DNA of 64,000 nt from Vulcanimicrobiota bacterium (GTDB taxonomy: Bacteria; Vulcanimicrobiota; Vulcanimicrobiia; Vulcanimicrobiales; Vulcanimicrobiaceae): the NCBI GenBank assembly GCA_963820825.1, contig CAWGBN010000007.1, positions 256,001 to 320,000 of the forward strand. Reading direction: 5' to 3'. Positions 1 through 9,971 of this stretch are shown here, one piece after another; position 1 is the stretch's first letter; each line of letters starts with the position of its first letter. Below the pieces are notes generated by a model. That model was given only the letters and a program-made list of their open reading frames with translations, was not told where the DNA came from and did no database searches. The position numbers were made by a program, and so were the translations under genes.

Positions 1-398
1 ACCTGCACCGGATAACCTACGACCGAGCCTTGCGCTGCAGCCGAATACTGCGCCGCCTGCGCGCGCGCTTGATCGAGCGACGCCTGAAGCGTGCGCGGAT
101 CGATCGTTGCGAGCAGCTCTCCCTTGTGCACCATATCGCCGATGTTGACGTTGATCTTGAGAATCGTGCCGCTCTGCTGGAAGGCGAGCGTCGACTGTTC
201 GAGCGGTGCGATCTGCCCGTCGAGCGTCAGGTACGTCGCAAGGTTCTGGCGCGTCGCCGCGGCCGCGTCGACCGTGAGGGGCGGAACCCCTGGGGGCGCC
301 TTCTTCCCGCATCCGGTGAGAAGGGACGCCGCGGCAATGGCGGCAAGCGCCATCGACGTCGCTCTAAAAGAAACGGAGAGGGGTGTCATCCTGAGCAT
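1..398 (-). CDS. RND efflux periplasmic adaptor (MFP) lipoprotein, 5' part; runs off window start
   Basis: Manual translation (not in ORF track): MLRMTPLS...AASLLTGC lipobox, then YLTLDGQIAPLEQSTLAFQQSGTILKINVNIGDMVHKGELLATID (lipoyl-like hairpin of MFPs). Confidence 0.8.
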   Translation of the reverse strand, partial: MLRMTPLSVSFRATSMALAAIAAASLLTGCGKKAPPGVPPLTVDAAAATRQNLATYLTLDGQIAPLEQSTLAFQQSGTILKINVNIGDMVHKGELLATIDPRTLQASLDQARAQAAQYSAAAQGSVVGYPVQ

Positions 399-537
399 CT
401 CTTTCCTAAAATCGGTCCTTCATGGTCTCATATACGGCGCCCAAGGGCCTTTGATTCAAAGAAGCCCCCACGGGAGCCTACAGCCCCCCAGAACCTCGGC
501 ATGAGGTCATCGGCTGCAGGGCGTATCTCCCGGGGGC

Positions 538-933
538 ATGAGCGCTAAGCTCAACATCGGCCGCTCGTATAGCCTGCAGAGCCGCGTCGAGGAGTGGATG
601 ACTGCCGAAAAGGCAGGCAACAAGGGCGTCGACGTCCTCTCCACCTCGATGCTCGTTCAACTGGTTGAGAGCGCCGCGATCCACTGCGTCGAGCCGGTCT
701 TGCAGACCGGACAGATCACCCTTGGGACGCATGTCGATCTCGAGCATAAGAAGCCGGTCCCGGTCGGGTTCATCGTCCGGACCGAGGTCGAGGTCGTGAT
801 GCTCGACGGCCCGCGGGTCAGCTTCGCCGTCCAAGTCTTCGACGAGCAGGAAGCGGTGGCCGAAGGCACCCACGAGCGCTACATAATCGAGAAGGCCAAG
901 TTCCTGGCGAAGCTGCGCGAAAAGCTCGCCTGA
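538..933 (+). CDS. Hot-dog fold thioesterase, fluoroacetyl-CoA thioesterase (FlK)-like
   Basis: VLSTSMLVQLVESAA...TLGTHVDLEHKKPVPVG...VAEGTHERYII pattern. Confidence 0.8.
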   Translation: MSAKLNIGRSYSLQSRVEEWMTAEKAGNKGVDVLSTSMLVQLVESAAIHCVEPVLQTGQITLGTHVDLEHKKPVPVGFIVRTEVEVVMLDGPRVSFAVQVFDEQEAVAEGTHERYIIEKAKFLAKLREKLA

Positions 934-1059
934 CTAGCCTCCCACTGCAGGGGAGGCAATCGGCCGTCCCCGAAAAGGACGCCAAAGGTACTCACCGACC
1001 GTGCCCCGGAGGGTTCGGGCGGTTAGGCCTAAGCTCAATTAATCAGCTAGGAGGACAGA

Positions 1060-2394
1060 TTGAAGCGACTGAGCACTGGAGTCCTGGCCGTGCTGATGGC
1101 AGCCGGTCTTGGACTCACCGCGGTCGCAGCCCAGCCCGGAGCTTCGCATGGCAACATTGGAACCAACGCGATCGCTCAGGACCAGGGAGCGACGGCTGCT
1201 CCGCCGGCGAACTTCGGGTCCCCGCCGTCGGGTCAGTATCCGATTCTCTACAACGACCATCACGTCTACACCAAGCCTGATATCCTGAAGCAGGGTCGCG
1301 TGCTCGCAGCGCTCGTCCGAGGCGGAACGATTCTCATTCCGCTTCGCTCGATGTTCGAGCAAATGGGCCCGCCGTACCCGACGGTATCGTGGGACGCAGG
1401 CTCCAAGACGGCGACGGTCAGTAAACCCGGCGCCGAGGTCAAAGTCACGGTTGGAAAGCCGGAAGTCATCATCAACGGCGAATCGCGTCCGCTGGACGTT
1501 CCGCCGGAGATCTATCAAGGTACCGTTCTCGTACCGGTCCGAGTCATCTCGGAAGGCATGGGAGCTTACGTGCAGTGGGTGCCGGACCGCCGTCTGGTTG
1601 TAGTTCGCTACATCCCGGCGACCCCGCCGCCGCCGCCACCGGCTCCGCCGCCGCCACCGCCGCCAACGCCGACCCCAGTGCCGACGGCTGCACCGTATTA
1701 CGACTTCTATGTGGCGGGCGATTACATCATCTCGCCAAAGGTCTACAACGAGTTCAGCCCCGGTAACACCGGCAATAACAACAACGGCGGATTCTCATAC
1801 CGTCTGCACGGTGCGATTGAAGTCCCGGTCATGAACCTTCCGTTCATGGTCGAGGTGGATTATCGCCAGTACAACTGGCCGCACAACTGTGGCGGTTCCG
1901 GCGATCCGCAGTGCTACGTCACGACGATCGGTGGACTCGGAACGTCATTCGTTCCGGGCTTCATCGGCCGCGATTACGACTTCGATGCACGCTTGGGGAT
2001 TCGCGTCCTCTCGCCACGCATCTACATCGTCGGCGGTTACATGTCGCGTCGTAACAACTACGGCTATCCGGCCGAGAACGGCGCGGGCGTAGGTCTGGAG
2101 AAACTCCCCGACCTCGACCGCGTCTTCTCTTGGTACGGCAGCGCCGTCTACTACTTCAACGTGAACGGTAACTACGGAAGCGTTGCGGGAGCTTGCAGCC
2201 CGCCGACGAGCCCGTGTACGTACATCGTAGGATACAACATCCTCAAGTTCGATCTGGGCGTCACCTACACGTTCCCTGGATTCCCGCTCTTCATCGAGGC
2301 CGGGTTCCTGGGCGATCGGGGTTGGAACTACAACGCCGCTCCGATTGGATTCTCGGAAAGCGGCCCGTACGCGGGCATCGGATTGAAGCTCTAA
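1060..2394 (+). CDS. Secreted protein: copper amine oxidase N-terminal (stalk) domain, Pro-rich linker, probable C-terminal outer-membrane beta-barrel
   Basis: SD GGAGG; signal peptide; LIPLRSMFEQMG and VLVPVRVISEGMGAYVQW stalk motifs; poly-Pro; aromatic/Gly-rich C-terminus ending GIGLKL. Confidence 0.75.
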   Translation: MKRLSTGVLAVLMAAGLGLTAVAAQPGASHGNIGTNAIAQDQGATAAPPANFGSPPSGQYPILYNDHHVYTKPDILKQGRVLAALVRGGTILIPLRSMFEQMGPPYPTVSWDAGSKTATVSKPGAEVKVTVGKPEVIINGESRPLDVPPEIYQGTVLVPVRVISEGMGAYVQWVPDRRLVVVRYIPATPPPPPPAPPPPPPPTPTPVPTAAPYYDFYVAGDYIISPKVYNEFSPGNTGNNNNGGFSYRLHGAIEVPVMNLPFMVEVDYRQYNWPHNCGGSGDPQCYVTTIGGLGTSFVPGFIGRDYDFDARLGIRVLSPRIYIVGGYMSRRNNYGYPAENGAGVGLEKLPDLDRVFSWYGSAVYYFNVNGNYGSVAGACSPPTSPCTYIVGYNILKFDLGVTYTFPGFPLFIEAGFLGDRGWNYNAAPIGFSESGPYAGIGLKL

Positions 2395-2415
2395 GCTTCA
2401 ACTCCGCAGTAAATC

Positions 2416-2445
2416 GAAAGCCCCCGCGTCCGCGCGGGGGCTTTC
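2416..2445. terminator. Intrinsic terminator hairpin between convergent genes
   Basis: GAAAGCCCCCGCG-tccg-CGCGGGGGCTTTC, 13-bp perfect inverted repeat. Confidence 0.8.
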
Positions 2446-2446
2446 A

Positions 2447-3214
2447 CTATTTATGCGGCGTCGCCGATGGCGCCGGAAGCGCAGTGGGCATCGGTCCCAT
2501 CTCGGCCGGCACCGGCGAGGGCTGCACGCAGGGCGGCGTGATCACGTTGACCGCGGCCCGTCCGGGCGCCGGCGTCGGGCTCGGCGTCGCAGCGGGCGTG
2601 GCATCCGGCGTCACGCCGGGCGGAAGCGGCGTCGGGCAGATCTGCGCAATCCCGAACCAATGCTCCGTGTAACCGCCCTGGATCGAAGACTTCATCACCT
2701 TGCCGAAATAGGTATTTCCGTATTTGGTGACGAGCAGCTGGATGAACTGCCACGACATCTGCTGCTCGGCCTGGGTGTAGACTTTCCGCAGCACCTGAAC
2801 CCCGAGAAAGTACGACCGCGCGAGCTGCGGGTCGTTCGGGTATTTGGCAGCCCAGCGCTGCAGCGCTTCGGTCGCAAAATCGAGTTTCGAGATGAGCTTT
2901 GGATCGGTCGTATAGGCACCGGCGCTGATCGCGCCGTCCTTGTACGTGTTGTCGATGCCGAGATAGCTCATCTTCATGCGGCCGAAATACTCGTCCCCCG
3001 GTGCCGAGCTGTTGAACTGCTCGCACTGCAGGTGCGCCCATTTGCTCCTCGTCGAATCGCAGACGTCTTTGCTCTTCGGCTTCGCCGAAGGCGTCGGTGT
3101 CGGTGTGGCGGCAAGGGCCGGCTCGACCGATGCGACCGTCCCGAAAGAAATAGCGCCTGCGGCAAGAGCCGAAAGCGTAATCGTTGGTATCGCAAATTTC
3201 ACGTTTGGAAACAT
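2447..3214 (-). CDS. Hypothetical secreted protein with helical core and Pro/Thr-rich ends
   Basis: Signal peptide, SAPGDEYFGRMKMSYLGI motif, PT-rich tails. Confidence 0.6.
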   Translation of the reverse strand: MFPNVKFAIPTITLSALAAGAISFGTVASVEPALAATPTPTPSAKPKSKDVCDSTRSKWAHLQCEQFNSSAPGDEYFGRMKMSYLGIDNTYKDGAISAGAYTTDPKLISKLDFATEALQRWAAKYPNDPQLARSYFLGVQVLRKVYTQAEQQMSWQFIQLLVTKYGNTYFGKVMKSSIQGGYTEHWFGIAQICPTPLPPGVTPDATPAATPSPTPAPGRAAVNVITPPCVQPSPVPAEMGPMPTALPAPSATPHK

Positions 3215-3281
3215 CCCCCGGGGCGCAGACTTGGTCGGCTGGTAAGGGCATACCTTTCGAGCCGCGAATCAACGACCGACG

Positions 3282-4577
3282 ATGAACGCCTCTCTCCGCA
3301 TCGCGGCGATGCAGCTTCGCGCGCATGACCGCGGCGATTTTCCGAGTGCGCGCGAGCGCATTATCGAGGAAGTGCGGCGCAACGCTGCGCAGACGGACTT
3401 GCTTGTCTTGCCTGAGGCGACGTTTCCGGCGTACGTCCTCGGAGCGTCTCACTACAACGAGGAGACGGCGGTCCTCGCCGCGCTCGACCGGCTGCGCGAG
3501 ATCGCCGTCGCGACGCAAACCGTCATCGTCATCGGCGCCGCGGCACGCAGCGATACCGGAGTGCGCAACGGCGCGTTCGTCATCGACGCTGACGGCTCAC
3601 TCGCCGGGCGTGCCGACAAGCTCTTTCTCTGGCACTTCGACCGCCGCTGGTTCGCGCCGGGCACGCAACTCGCGCCGATTCGCACCGCCGCCGGCAGCCT
3701 GGGCGTGCTCGTCTGCGCCGATGGGCGCCTCCCTACGATCGCTCGAACGCTGGTCGACCGCGGTGCCGATCTCTTGGTAATGCCGACGGCATGGGTCACG
3801 AGCGGCCGAAATCCCGAGGCGCTGGAAAACGTACAGGCCGATCTCCTCGCACGCGTTCGCGCGTACGAGAACGGCGTTCCGTTCGTCGCCGCCAACAAGT
3901 GCGGGAGCGAGCTCGGCATGGTCGCGTACTGCGGCAAGAGTCAAATCGTCGACGCTCGCGGCGAGATCGTCGCGATCGCCGGGGAACGCGAGCCCGAGAC
4001 GCTGCGCGCGACCCTTCAACTCGGCGGCGGGCGGCCGCGGCGAAGCGCGGCCGGCGATCTCCCCGAGCGCGTGCCGGAATCGACCGGCGCGTTTCGCATC
4101 GCGATTTCGTTCGAACGACTCCCCGGCGACGTCGAAGAACGGCTCGAATTGCTCGACGACGCGGTCGCGCTCTCGCCGTCCGGCACCGCGACGGCACCCG
4201 GCGTAACGCTCGCCCCTCCGGTCGCGCAAGTCGGCGACGATCGCGTTCTCGACCCCGCGGGACTGGTCGCCTACCGGCGCGCGGGGTACGCCGTGATCTG
4301 CTGGACGACGAGTCTCGGCGCGCCCTGGCTCGAACGTGTCGCTCGAGCGCGCGCGCTCGAGCTGCGCCTCTACGTCGTCGTCTTCGACCGCGCGACGCAG
4401 CGCGCGTTCGCCGTCGATCCCGACGGCACGATCGTCGCCGGCACCTTCGGCGAGTACCGGCTGGCGAGTCTTCTCTTCGACCCTCGCAAGGTCGCCGAGA
4501 CGCTCGTCGTCCCGGGAAGCGACGTCGCCGAGGGGCTCGAACTCGTCGCCGGGATTGTCGCCGATGCTCGCGAGTGA
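3282..4577 (+). CDS. Carbon-nitrogen hydrolase (nitrilase family) with degenerate C-terminal extension
   Basis: Triad motifs LPEA, ADKLFL, VCADG; ARAYEN. Confidence 0.85.
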   Translation: MNASLRIAAMQLRAHDRGDFPSARERIIEEVRRNAAQTDLLVLPEATFPAYVLGASHYNEETAVLAALDRLREIAVATQTVIVIGAAARSDTGVRNGAFVIDADGSLAGRADKLFLWHFDRRWFAPGTQLAPIRTAAGSLGVLVCADGRLPTIARTLVDRGADLLVMPTAWVTSGRNPEALENVQADLLARVRAYENGVPFVAANKCGSELGMVAYCGKSQIVDARGEIVAIAGEREPETLRATLQLGGGRPRRSAAGDLPERVPESTGAFRIAISFERLPGDVEERLELLDDAVALSPSGTATAPGVTLAPPVAQVGDDRVLDPAGLVAYRRAGYAVICWTTSLGAPWLERVARARALELRLYVVVFDRATQRAFAVDPDGTIVAGTFGEYRLASLLFDPRKVAETLVVPGSDVAEGLELVAGIVADARE

Positions 4578-5100
4578 AGCGCCGCGTGCCGGCAGACGCG
4601 TCGTCTCCGTTGCCGCAGCGATCGTCGCCGTGCTCGCCGCCCTCGGCACGCTCTTCTCGCATCATCGCTCGATCATGGCGCTCTCGGCGAAGAACCAGGC
4701 GATCTTGACGCAAGCCCGGGCGACCGATACCTACAATGCCTACGAGGCCAAGCAAATCCGCTACAACGTCTATCGCGCGATCCTTGCAAGCGATCTCGTG
4801 CGCAATGCCGAGAATCGCGCTCACTTGGAGTCGGTCGCAGAGAAAGAGCAGAGCTCCTCTCCGGCGGTCTTGGCGAAAGCCAAAGCGCTGGAGGAAGCGG
4901 CGCTGCGCGACGACGATCGCTCGGAATCGATCCTAAAATCGTACGAGCTCTTGCAATACGCGACGACGATGTTCGAGATCTCGATCGTTCTCATCTCGCT
5001 CTCGGCGCTCGCGACGCCGCGCCTCTTCATCCCGGTCGCCTCGGGATTGAGCTGCGTGGGACTCATTCTCTTCGTCGTCGGGCTGCTCAAGGCGCAATAG
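4564..5100 (+). CDS. DUF4337-like membrane protein
   Basis: AIVAVLAALG...NQAILTQARATDTYNAYEAKQIR...FEISIVLISLSAL. Confidence 0.7.
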   Translation: MLASEAPRAGRRVVSVAAAIVAVLAALGTLFSHHRSIMALSAKNQAILTQARATDTYNAYEAKQIRYNVYRAILASDLVRNAENRAHLESVAEKEQSSSPAVLAKAKALEEAALRDDDRSESILKSYELLQYATTMFEISIVLISLSALATPRLFIPVASGLSCVGLILFVVGLLKAQ

Positions 5101-5105
5101 AGCAC

Positions 5106-6344
5106 GTGCCGTTTCGCATCGTCGCGCTGCTCCTCGCAGCGTTCCTGATCGCCGCCGCAGCGCGCTCGCCCTACGGAGACCGCGCGACCGGAAGAATTGC
5201 GGCAACGTCGTGGCCGTATCTGCCCGGTAGCCTGATACCGCTACAGGTAAACGGCTTCGGCGCGCCCTATCATGCAATGCTGCTCGGCCCCGGACGACTC
5301 ACCGCTAACGATCTCTACGAAATTCCGCAAGACGTCCAGAGCGGAGAGGCGCTGCTCGTCGCGGGAAATGCCGCCGGCCTCGCGGCGGCGCGCCTGCGCA
5401 TCGCAACGCCGCCCTCGCCCGGCCGCGCCCTGCTCGTCGTCGCCTCGTACGACGACGGCCTCGTCGTGCATGACGCACACACCTTCTCGGTGATCGGCGT
5501 CCTGGCAACCGGCGGAAGCCCCAGCGACGCTGCAATCGACGCGCGGGGACGCGTCGCCGCGACCGATACGCAAGGCGACACGTTGACGCTCGCTACGCTC
5601 TCTCCGTGGAGCGTCGCCCGCGTCGGCGGCGTCCCGGCCGGCGACGAGGTTGCAATCGATTCGAGTACCGGCGCGATCTTCGTGACCAATCGCGACGCGA
5701 ACGGCGGGGCGCTTACGCGCGTGGCCGCCGACGGCAGCGTGACTCGCGTCGCAACCGGCGAGACCGCCGAAGGCGTCGCCATCGACGATCGCCGCCAGAT
5801 CGTCTACGTCGCCAACGCGAACGATGGAACCGTCGCCGCGGTTGATGCGCGATCGATGCGCGTCTTGCGGCGATTCTTCGTCGTCGACCGGATCTTCTCG
5901 CTCGCGCTCTCTCCCGACGGTAACCGGCTCTTCGGCATCTCGAACCAGAGCGCCGGCTCGCTCTTCGCCGCAGCCGGCTCGGCCGTTGCAGTGGCGGTGA
6001 ATGCGTCCAAGCCGCGCGTCGTGGCGCGAAGCGGCGATCTCGCTTTCCCGCTCGGCCTAGCGCTCGACCCCAACGCGATGACGCTCTTCGTAACCGACGA
6101 GAGCCTCGGCCTCATCGACGTCCTCGACGCGCGCACGCTGCGTCCCAAACGCGCGCCGCTGCATACCTGCTCGACTCCATGGAAACCCTCGCTCGATCCG
6201 ATAAGCGGACGGCTCTACGTGCCGTGTGCACGCGCAAATGCGGTCGACGCGATCGACGCGCGCACGCTGCGCCGCGTGAGCGGAGCGCCGTTTTCTACCG
6301 GAAGCTATCCGCTCGCAGTCGCGGCATGGCCCTCGAGCAAATGA
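5106..6344 (+). CDS. YncE-family beta-propeller secreted protein
   Basis: Signal peptide; repeated YVAN/FVTD...xDAR blades; TGSYPLAVA. Confidence 0.75.
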   Translation: MPFRIVALLLAAFLIAAAARSPYGDRATGRIAATSWPYLPGSLIPLQVNGFGAPYHAMLLGPGRLTANDLYEIPQDVQSGEALLVAGNAAGLAAARLRIATPPSPGRALLVVASYDDGLVVHDAHTFSVIGVLATGGSPSDAAIDARGRVAATDTQGDTLTLATLSPWSVARVGGVPAGDEVAIDSSTGAIFVTNRDANGGALTRVAADGSVTRVATGETAEGVAIDDRRQIVYVANANDGTVAAVDARSMRVLRRFFVVDRIFSLALSPDGNRLFGISNQSAGSLFAAAGSAVAVAVNASKPRVVARSGDLAFPLGLALDPNAMTLFVTDESLGLIDVLDARTLRPKRAPLHTCSTPWKPSLDPISGRLYVPCARANAVDAIDARTLRRVSGAPFSTGSYPLAVAAWPSSK

Positions 6345-8455
6345 GATTCGCAGCCTGCAGCCTTCTCATTTTTTTCCTCGCGGCAGCCGGCACGGCGCGC
6401 GCCGATCTCCTCCCCGAGCGGATCGCACCGAGCGCGCCGTTCCCGGCGATCGTCGAAGAAGCGCCAACCCTTGAGAGCGTCGCACCCGGCGTAGAGTATG
6501 GCGATTACCTGCTCGAGACCGATGCCGGTCCGCTCGCCGTGCACGTCGTCGCGGTGGCGGGGCACCGCGCCGATGTGAAGCTCGGTTCGGTCGTCGCCGG
6601 CGATTCGCTCGTCTCGCACGGCGAAACGGTCGGTTCCATGGCGCGCCGCACGCGCGCGGTTGCCGGAATCAACGGCGATTTCTTCGATATCGGAAATACC
6701 AATCGCCCCGTGAACATGGTCGTACGCGACGGAGCGCTGCTCCAGCTTCCCTACAAGCGTTACGTGCTCGCGGTGGCCCGCGACGGATCCGCGCATATCG
6801 CCGAGTTCAGTTTCTCCGGAGAGATCGTCATCAACGATCGCGCGGTGCCGCTCGACGGCATCGACGAGATGCCGCAGCCCGGCGGGGGCATCTCGCTGCT
6901 GACGCCGCTCTACGGCCGCGTGCCGCCGCGCGACAACGTCACCTTACTTCCGCTTCAACTGCTCGACGGCGTTGCGCCGCTGGCACGGTACCGCGTGACC
7001 GGTGTCGCCGATAATCTCAGCCCGCAGCCGCCCGGGTATTACGCCGCGATCGGTCCCGAGGATTACTCGGTAATCGGCGTACCCGATCCCGGCACGATCG
7101 TCACGGCGAGCGGCGACTTGCAACCGTTCGGCTTGGCCAATCTCAGCGCCGCGGTGGGCGGCGGCGCACTCGTTCTGCACGGCGGGCAATGGTACGACGA
7201 TCCCGACGCGCCCTATCGTGAGGAGAACGCTCGCCGCATGCCCTGTTCGGGCGCGGCACTCGCACCGGATGGGCGAATCTTCCTCCTCGAGGTCGACGGC
7301 CGCCAGCCCGAAATCAGCGTCGGCGTCACGCGCCCGCAATTCTCCGCGCTGATGCACGCGCTTGGCGCGACGGAAGGCTTACTGCTCGACGGCGGCGGTT
7401 CGTCGACGCTGGTCGTGCGCCGGCTCGGCGAGAGCGTTGCGTCGATGGTAAACTCGCCCTCCGACGGCAAGGAGCGCCCCATTTCAGACGGGCTCTTCGT
7501 CTACAGCACCGCTCCCGCGGGACCGCCGGTTCGTCTCGTCGCGCGCCCGGGAATCGTGCGCGCGACGAGCGGCGCGGAGGTTCCGCTTCGCATCGCTGCG
7601 GTCGACGCGGCCGATCACGTCGCCGCGAGCGAAGCTCCCGTCGAGGCGAGCGTGAATCCGGCGCGGCTCGGCTATTTCCGCAAAGGCACGTTCGTCGCGC
7701 TCCATTCCGGGACCGGAGAACTCGTGCTGCGCGGAGGCGGCCTCAAAGGCAGCGTGTCGCTCGAAATCGCCGCGGCGCCGGCTCGGATCGCGATCGCGCC
7801 GGCTCGGCCGAACGTCGATCCCAATTCGACGATCGCGCTCGAGGCGCGCGCGTACGACCCGCGCGGCTACAAGCTCGCGCTTCCGCCGATTCTGCGCTGG
7901 AGCGCTACCGCCGGAACGATCGACAACTCGGGAAGATTTCACGCCGGATCGCAGGACGCGAACGTCGCGGTACGTATCGGAAGCGCGGCGGCCGGCGTGC
8001 GCGTGACCGTGGGCTCGCACCTGGCCGCAATACCGTTCGCGCAGAACGCGCGCTTCCTTACCGTGCGTCGCGGCGGTGCCGGCGGCGCGGAGCGCAATGC
8101 CGGCTGCGCGACCTGCGTCCGGCTCAACTTCTCGTTTGGAAACGGAGAACGCGCGGCCTACGCCGCGAGCAACATCTCGCTTCCCGACGATACGATCGGC
8201 CTCGCCTTCGAGCTGCAGGACGACGGAAGCGCGGCGCGCGTTCGCGTAGCGGTACGCAACGAGATCAACGAGGACGTCTTGCTCGACGCAACGCAGCTGG
8301 GGCAACCCGGCTGGCGAAACGTCGTCGTGCGCTTCCCCACCGATACGCGGGCCGCGCGCTTGATGTCGATCTACGTCCTGCCGCCCAAGGGCATCGAGCT
8401 CTCCGAGGGCAGCATCGTTCTCAGGAACGTGCGGGCAATCGTCGCGGGCCACTGA
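6341..8455 (+). CDS. Phosphodiester glycosidase (NAGPA) family secreted protein with Ig-like C-terminal domains
   Basis: AGINGDFF, VDGRQ, LDGGGSST motifs; ATGA overlap with upstream stop. Confidence 0.85.
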   Translation: MRFAACSLLIFFLAAAGTARADLLPERIAPSAPFPAIVEEAPTLESVAPGVEYGDYLLETDAGPLAVHVVAVAGHRADVKLGSVVAGDSLVSHGETVGSMARRTRAVAGINGDFFDIGNTNRPVNMVVRDGALLQLPYKRYVLAVARDGSAHIAEFSFSGEIVINDRAVPLDGIDEMPQPGGGISLLTPLYGRVPPRDNVTLLPLQLLDGVAPLARYRVTGVADNLSPQPPGYYAAIGPEDYSVIGVPDPGTIVTASGDLQPFGLANLSAAVGGGALVLHGGQWYDDPDAPYREENARRMPCSGAALAPDGRIFLLEVDGRQPEISVGVTRPQFSALMHALGATEGLLLDGGGSSTLVVRRLGESVASMVNSPSDGKERPISDGLFVYSTAPAGPPVRLVARPGIVRATSGAEVPLRIAAVDAADHVAASEAPVEASVNPARLGYFRKGTFVALHSGTGELVLRGGGLKGSVSLEIAAAPARIAIAPARPNVDPNSTIALEARAYDPRGYKLALPPILRWSATAGTIDNSGRFHAGSQDANVAVRIGSAAAGVRVTVGSHLAAIPFAQNARFLTVRRGGAGGAERNAGCATCVRLNFSFGNGERAAYAASNISLPDDTIGLAFELQDDGSAARVRVAVRNEINEDVLLDATQLGQPGWRNVVVRFPTDTRAARLMSIYVLPPKGIELSEGSIVLRNVRAIVAGH

Positions 8456-9353
8456 GCAGCGTCGCGGCGCCGCCGAGGACGAGCAGCACGCCGCAAACGG
8501 TAGCGAGAAGATTCGGGGCCGCGATCGCTTCGACGGCGGGATAGGTCGCGATCGTTCCCTTCAAAATCAAACCGCCGGTGCTTACGGCGCGTCCGCCGGA
8601 GCTTAGCCCAATTGCATGCGCGATCGGCCGATCGTGCTCGTCGTCGACCGCGAAGAGCACCGCCGGTTCGCCGAGCTGCGCACCGCCGTGCAGCATCATC
8701 GCGGTTTGGGCGGGCGTGAACGCGATCGCCTTGACGACGCGCCGCAGCGCCGGAACGTTGAACGAATCGTACGGAACGTCGAGTCCGGCAATCGTCTGCC
8801 GGTGCTGCATCAGCAGCACCGGCGAGAGAAATACGGTACCCGAAGGCTGCGTCACGGTCAGACGATTCCCGCGAGGATCGCGCGCTTCGACGTAGACCAC
8901 GCTACGTTGGATCGTCCGGAGGATGAAGTTGCCGGAGTCGCGCCGGCGTTCGCCGATCGCGACGGACGAGCGCATCGGCCGCTCGAGCGTCACTGAATCC
9001 GCGACCGTGCTATCGGCCGATGCGAGCGGAAAGACGAGCACGCCGAGCGATTCGATGCGAATTCGCTGCCCCGGCGCGCCGACGTACGTCTGATTGTCGG
9101 GCGCGAAGAGCCCGCTCGCCACTCCGGCTAGTCCTACGATTACCGAGCCGGCGACGAAGACCAGCGCGGCGATTCGGTTGCGTATCGTATCGGCGCGGCG
9201 ATAGCATCCTCGCCCCGCGGCAACGCTCACCACGACGAGCGCGACGAGCAGCACGTTATACCATCCCGCGTGATAGACGGGTTGGCCCGGGAGGATTAAC
9301 TCGACCAGCACTGCGGCTGCAGCGGCGACGGCAGCCGCGAGAAATAGGATCAC
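8421..9353 (-). CDS. Membrane protein, weakly ResB/Ccs1-like (cytochrome c biogenesis)
   Basis: N-terminal TMs with YHAGWYNVLL, large soluble loop, C-terminal TM; GTGA overlap with TlpA gene. Confidence 0.45.
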   Translation of the reverse strand: MILFLAAAVAAAAAVLVELILPGQPVYHAGWYNVLLVALVVVSVAAGRGCYRRADTIRNRIAALVFVAGSVIVGLAGVASGLFAPDNQTYVGAPGQRIRIESLGVLVFPLASADSTVADSVTLERPMRSSVAIGERRRDSGNFILRTIQRSVVYVEARDPRGNRLTVTQPSGTVFLSPVLLMQHRQTIAGLDVPYDSFNVPALRRVVKAIAFTPAQTAMMLHGGAQLGEPAVLFAVDDEHDRPIAHAIGLSSGGRAVSTGGLILKGTIATYPAVEAIAAPNLLATVCGVLLVLGGAATLLSGPRRLPARS

Positions 9354-9883
9354 TTCGACGCAACGAGCGGCGCGACGGCCGACTCCATCTGTGCGTAGGT
9401 TAACGCGCCGTCGAATCCGCGCACGACGACTCCGCGCCGGTCGAGGATCACCGTCGTCGGCAGACCGAGCGCCGCGTAGGTTCGGCCGTAGCGCTGCGAG
9501 ACGTCGACCCAAATCGGAAAGGCAATGCGCAGCGAGTCGGCGTAGGCGCGCGCGCGCTCCGGCGACTCACCCTCGTTGACGCCGACGATTACGATCGGTT
9601 TTCCGGCGTAGGCATTGGCGAGCCGCTGCAAGTCGGGCATCTCGGCGCGGCACGGCGGACACCACGACGCCCAGAGATTCATCAGGACCACACGTCCGCG
9701 GTAGCGATCGAGCGAGACGCTCGCCCCGCGATCGTCGCGCAACGCAAAGACCGGCGCCGCTTCGCCCACGAGGCCCTCCGGACCGCCGGGGCGGTTCGTC
9801 GGCGAGATGAAGAACGGCTCCAGCACGAAGAATGCGACGACGATCGTAACCGCGCCGACGGCCCAGACGATATAACGGGACAT
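9350..9883 (-). CDS. TlpA/ResA-family membrane-anchored thiol-disulfide reductase
   Basis: N-terminal TM; NLWASWCPPCRAEMP; GLPTTVILD. Confidence 0.9.
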   Translation of the reverse strand: MSRYIVWAVGAVTIVVAFFVLEPFFISPTNRPGGPEGLVGEAAPVFALRDDRGASVSLDRYRGRVVLMNLWASWCPPCRAEMPDLQRLANAYAGKPIVIVGVNEGESPERARAYADSLRIAFPIWVDVSQRYGRTYAALGLPTTVILDRRGVVVRGFDGALTYAQMESAVAPLVASK

Positions 9884-9971
9884 TCGTGAGCCGTCTGCGG
9901 CGCGAGCCGCGGCTAACCCTACCGCACCGCCGACTAGGTTCCGATCCGCCGTCGAACGAAACGCCGACGGC

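Noticed and set aside
384..396. TGTCATCCTGAGC, identical to the REP-like 5' end
   Set aside because: Lies in the first codons of the MFP gene and lacks the GAGTCGAAGG 3' half; likely chance
950..1035. c-di-GMP-I riboswitch-like words (GGCAA, CGAAA, GGACGC, AAAG, GGCCTAA) upstream of the surface protein
   Set aside because: Spacing cannot form the GAAA-capped P2 stem, and the receptor-like motif is too distant; kept only as generic hairpins
1621..1680. CCG-rich tandem repeats here, and similar low-complexity DNA at 20.3-20.6 kb and 25.7-26.1 kb
   Set aside because: They encode Pro- or Lys/Ala-rich protein segments; no repeat-spacer periodicity, so not CRISPR
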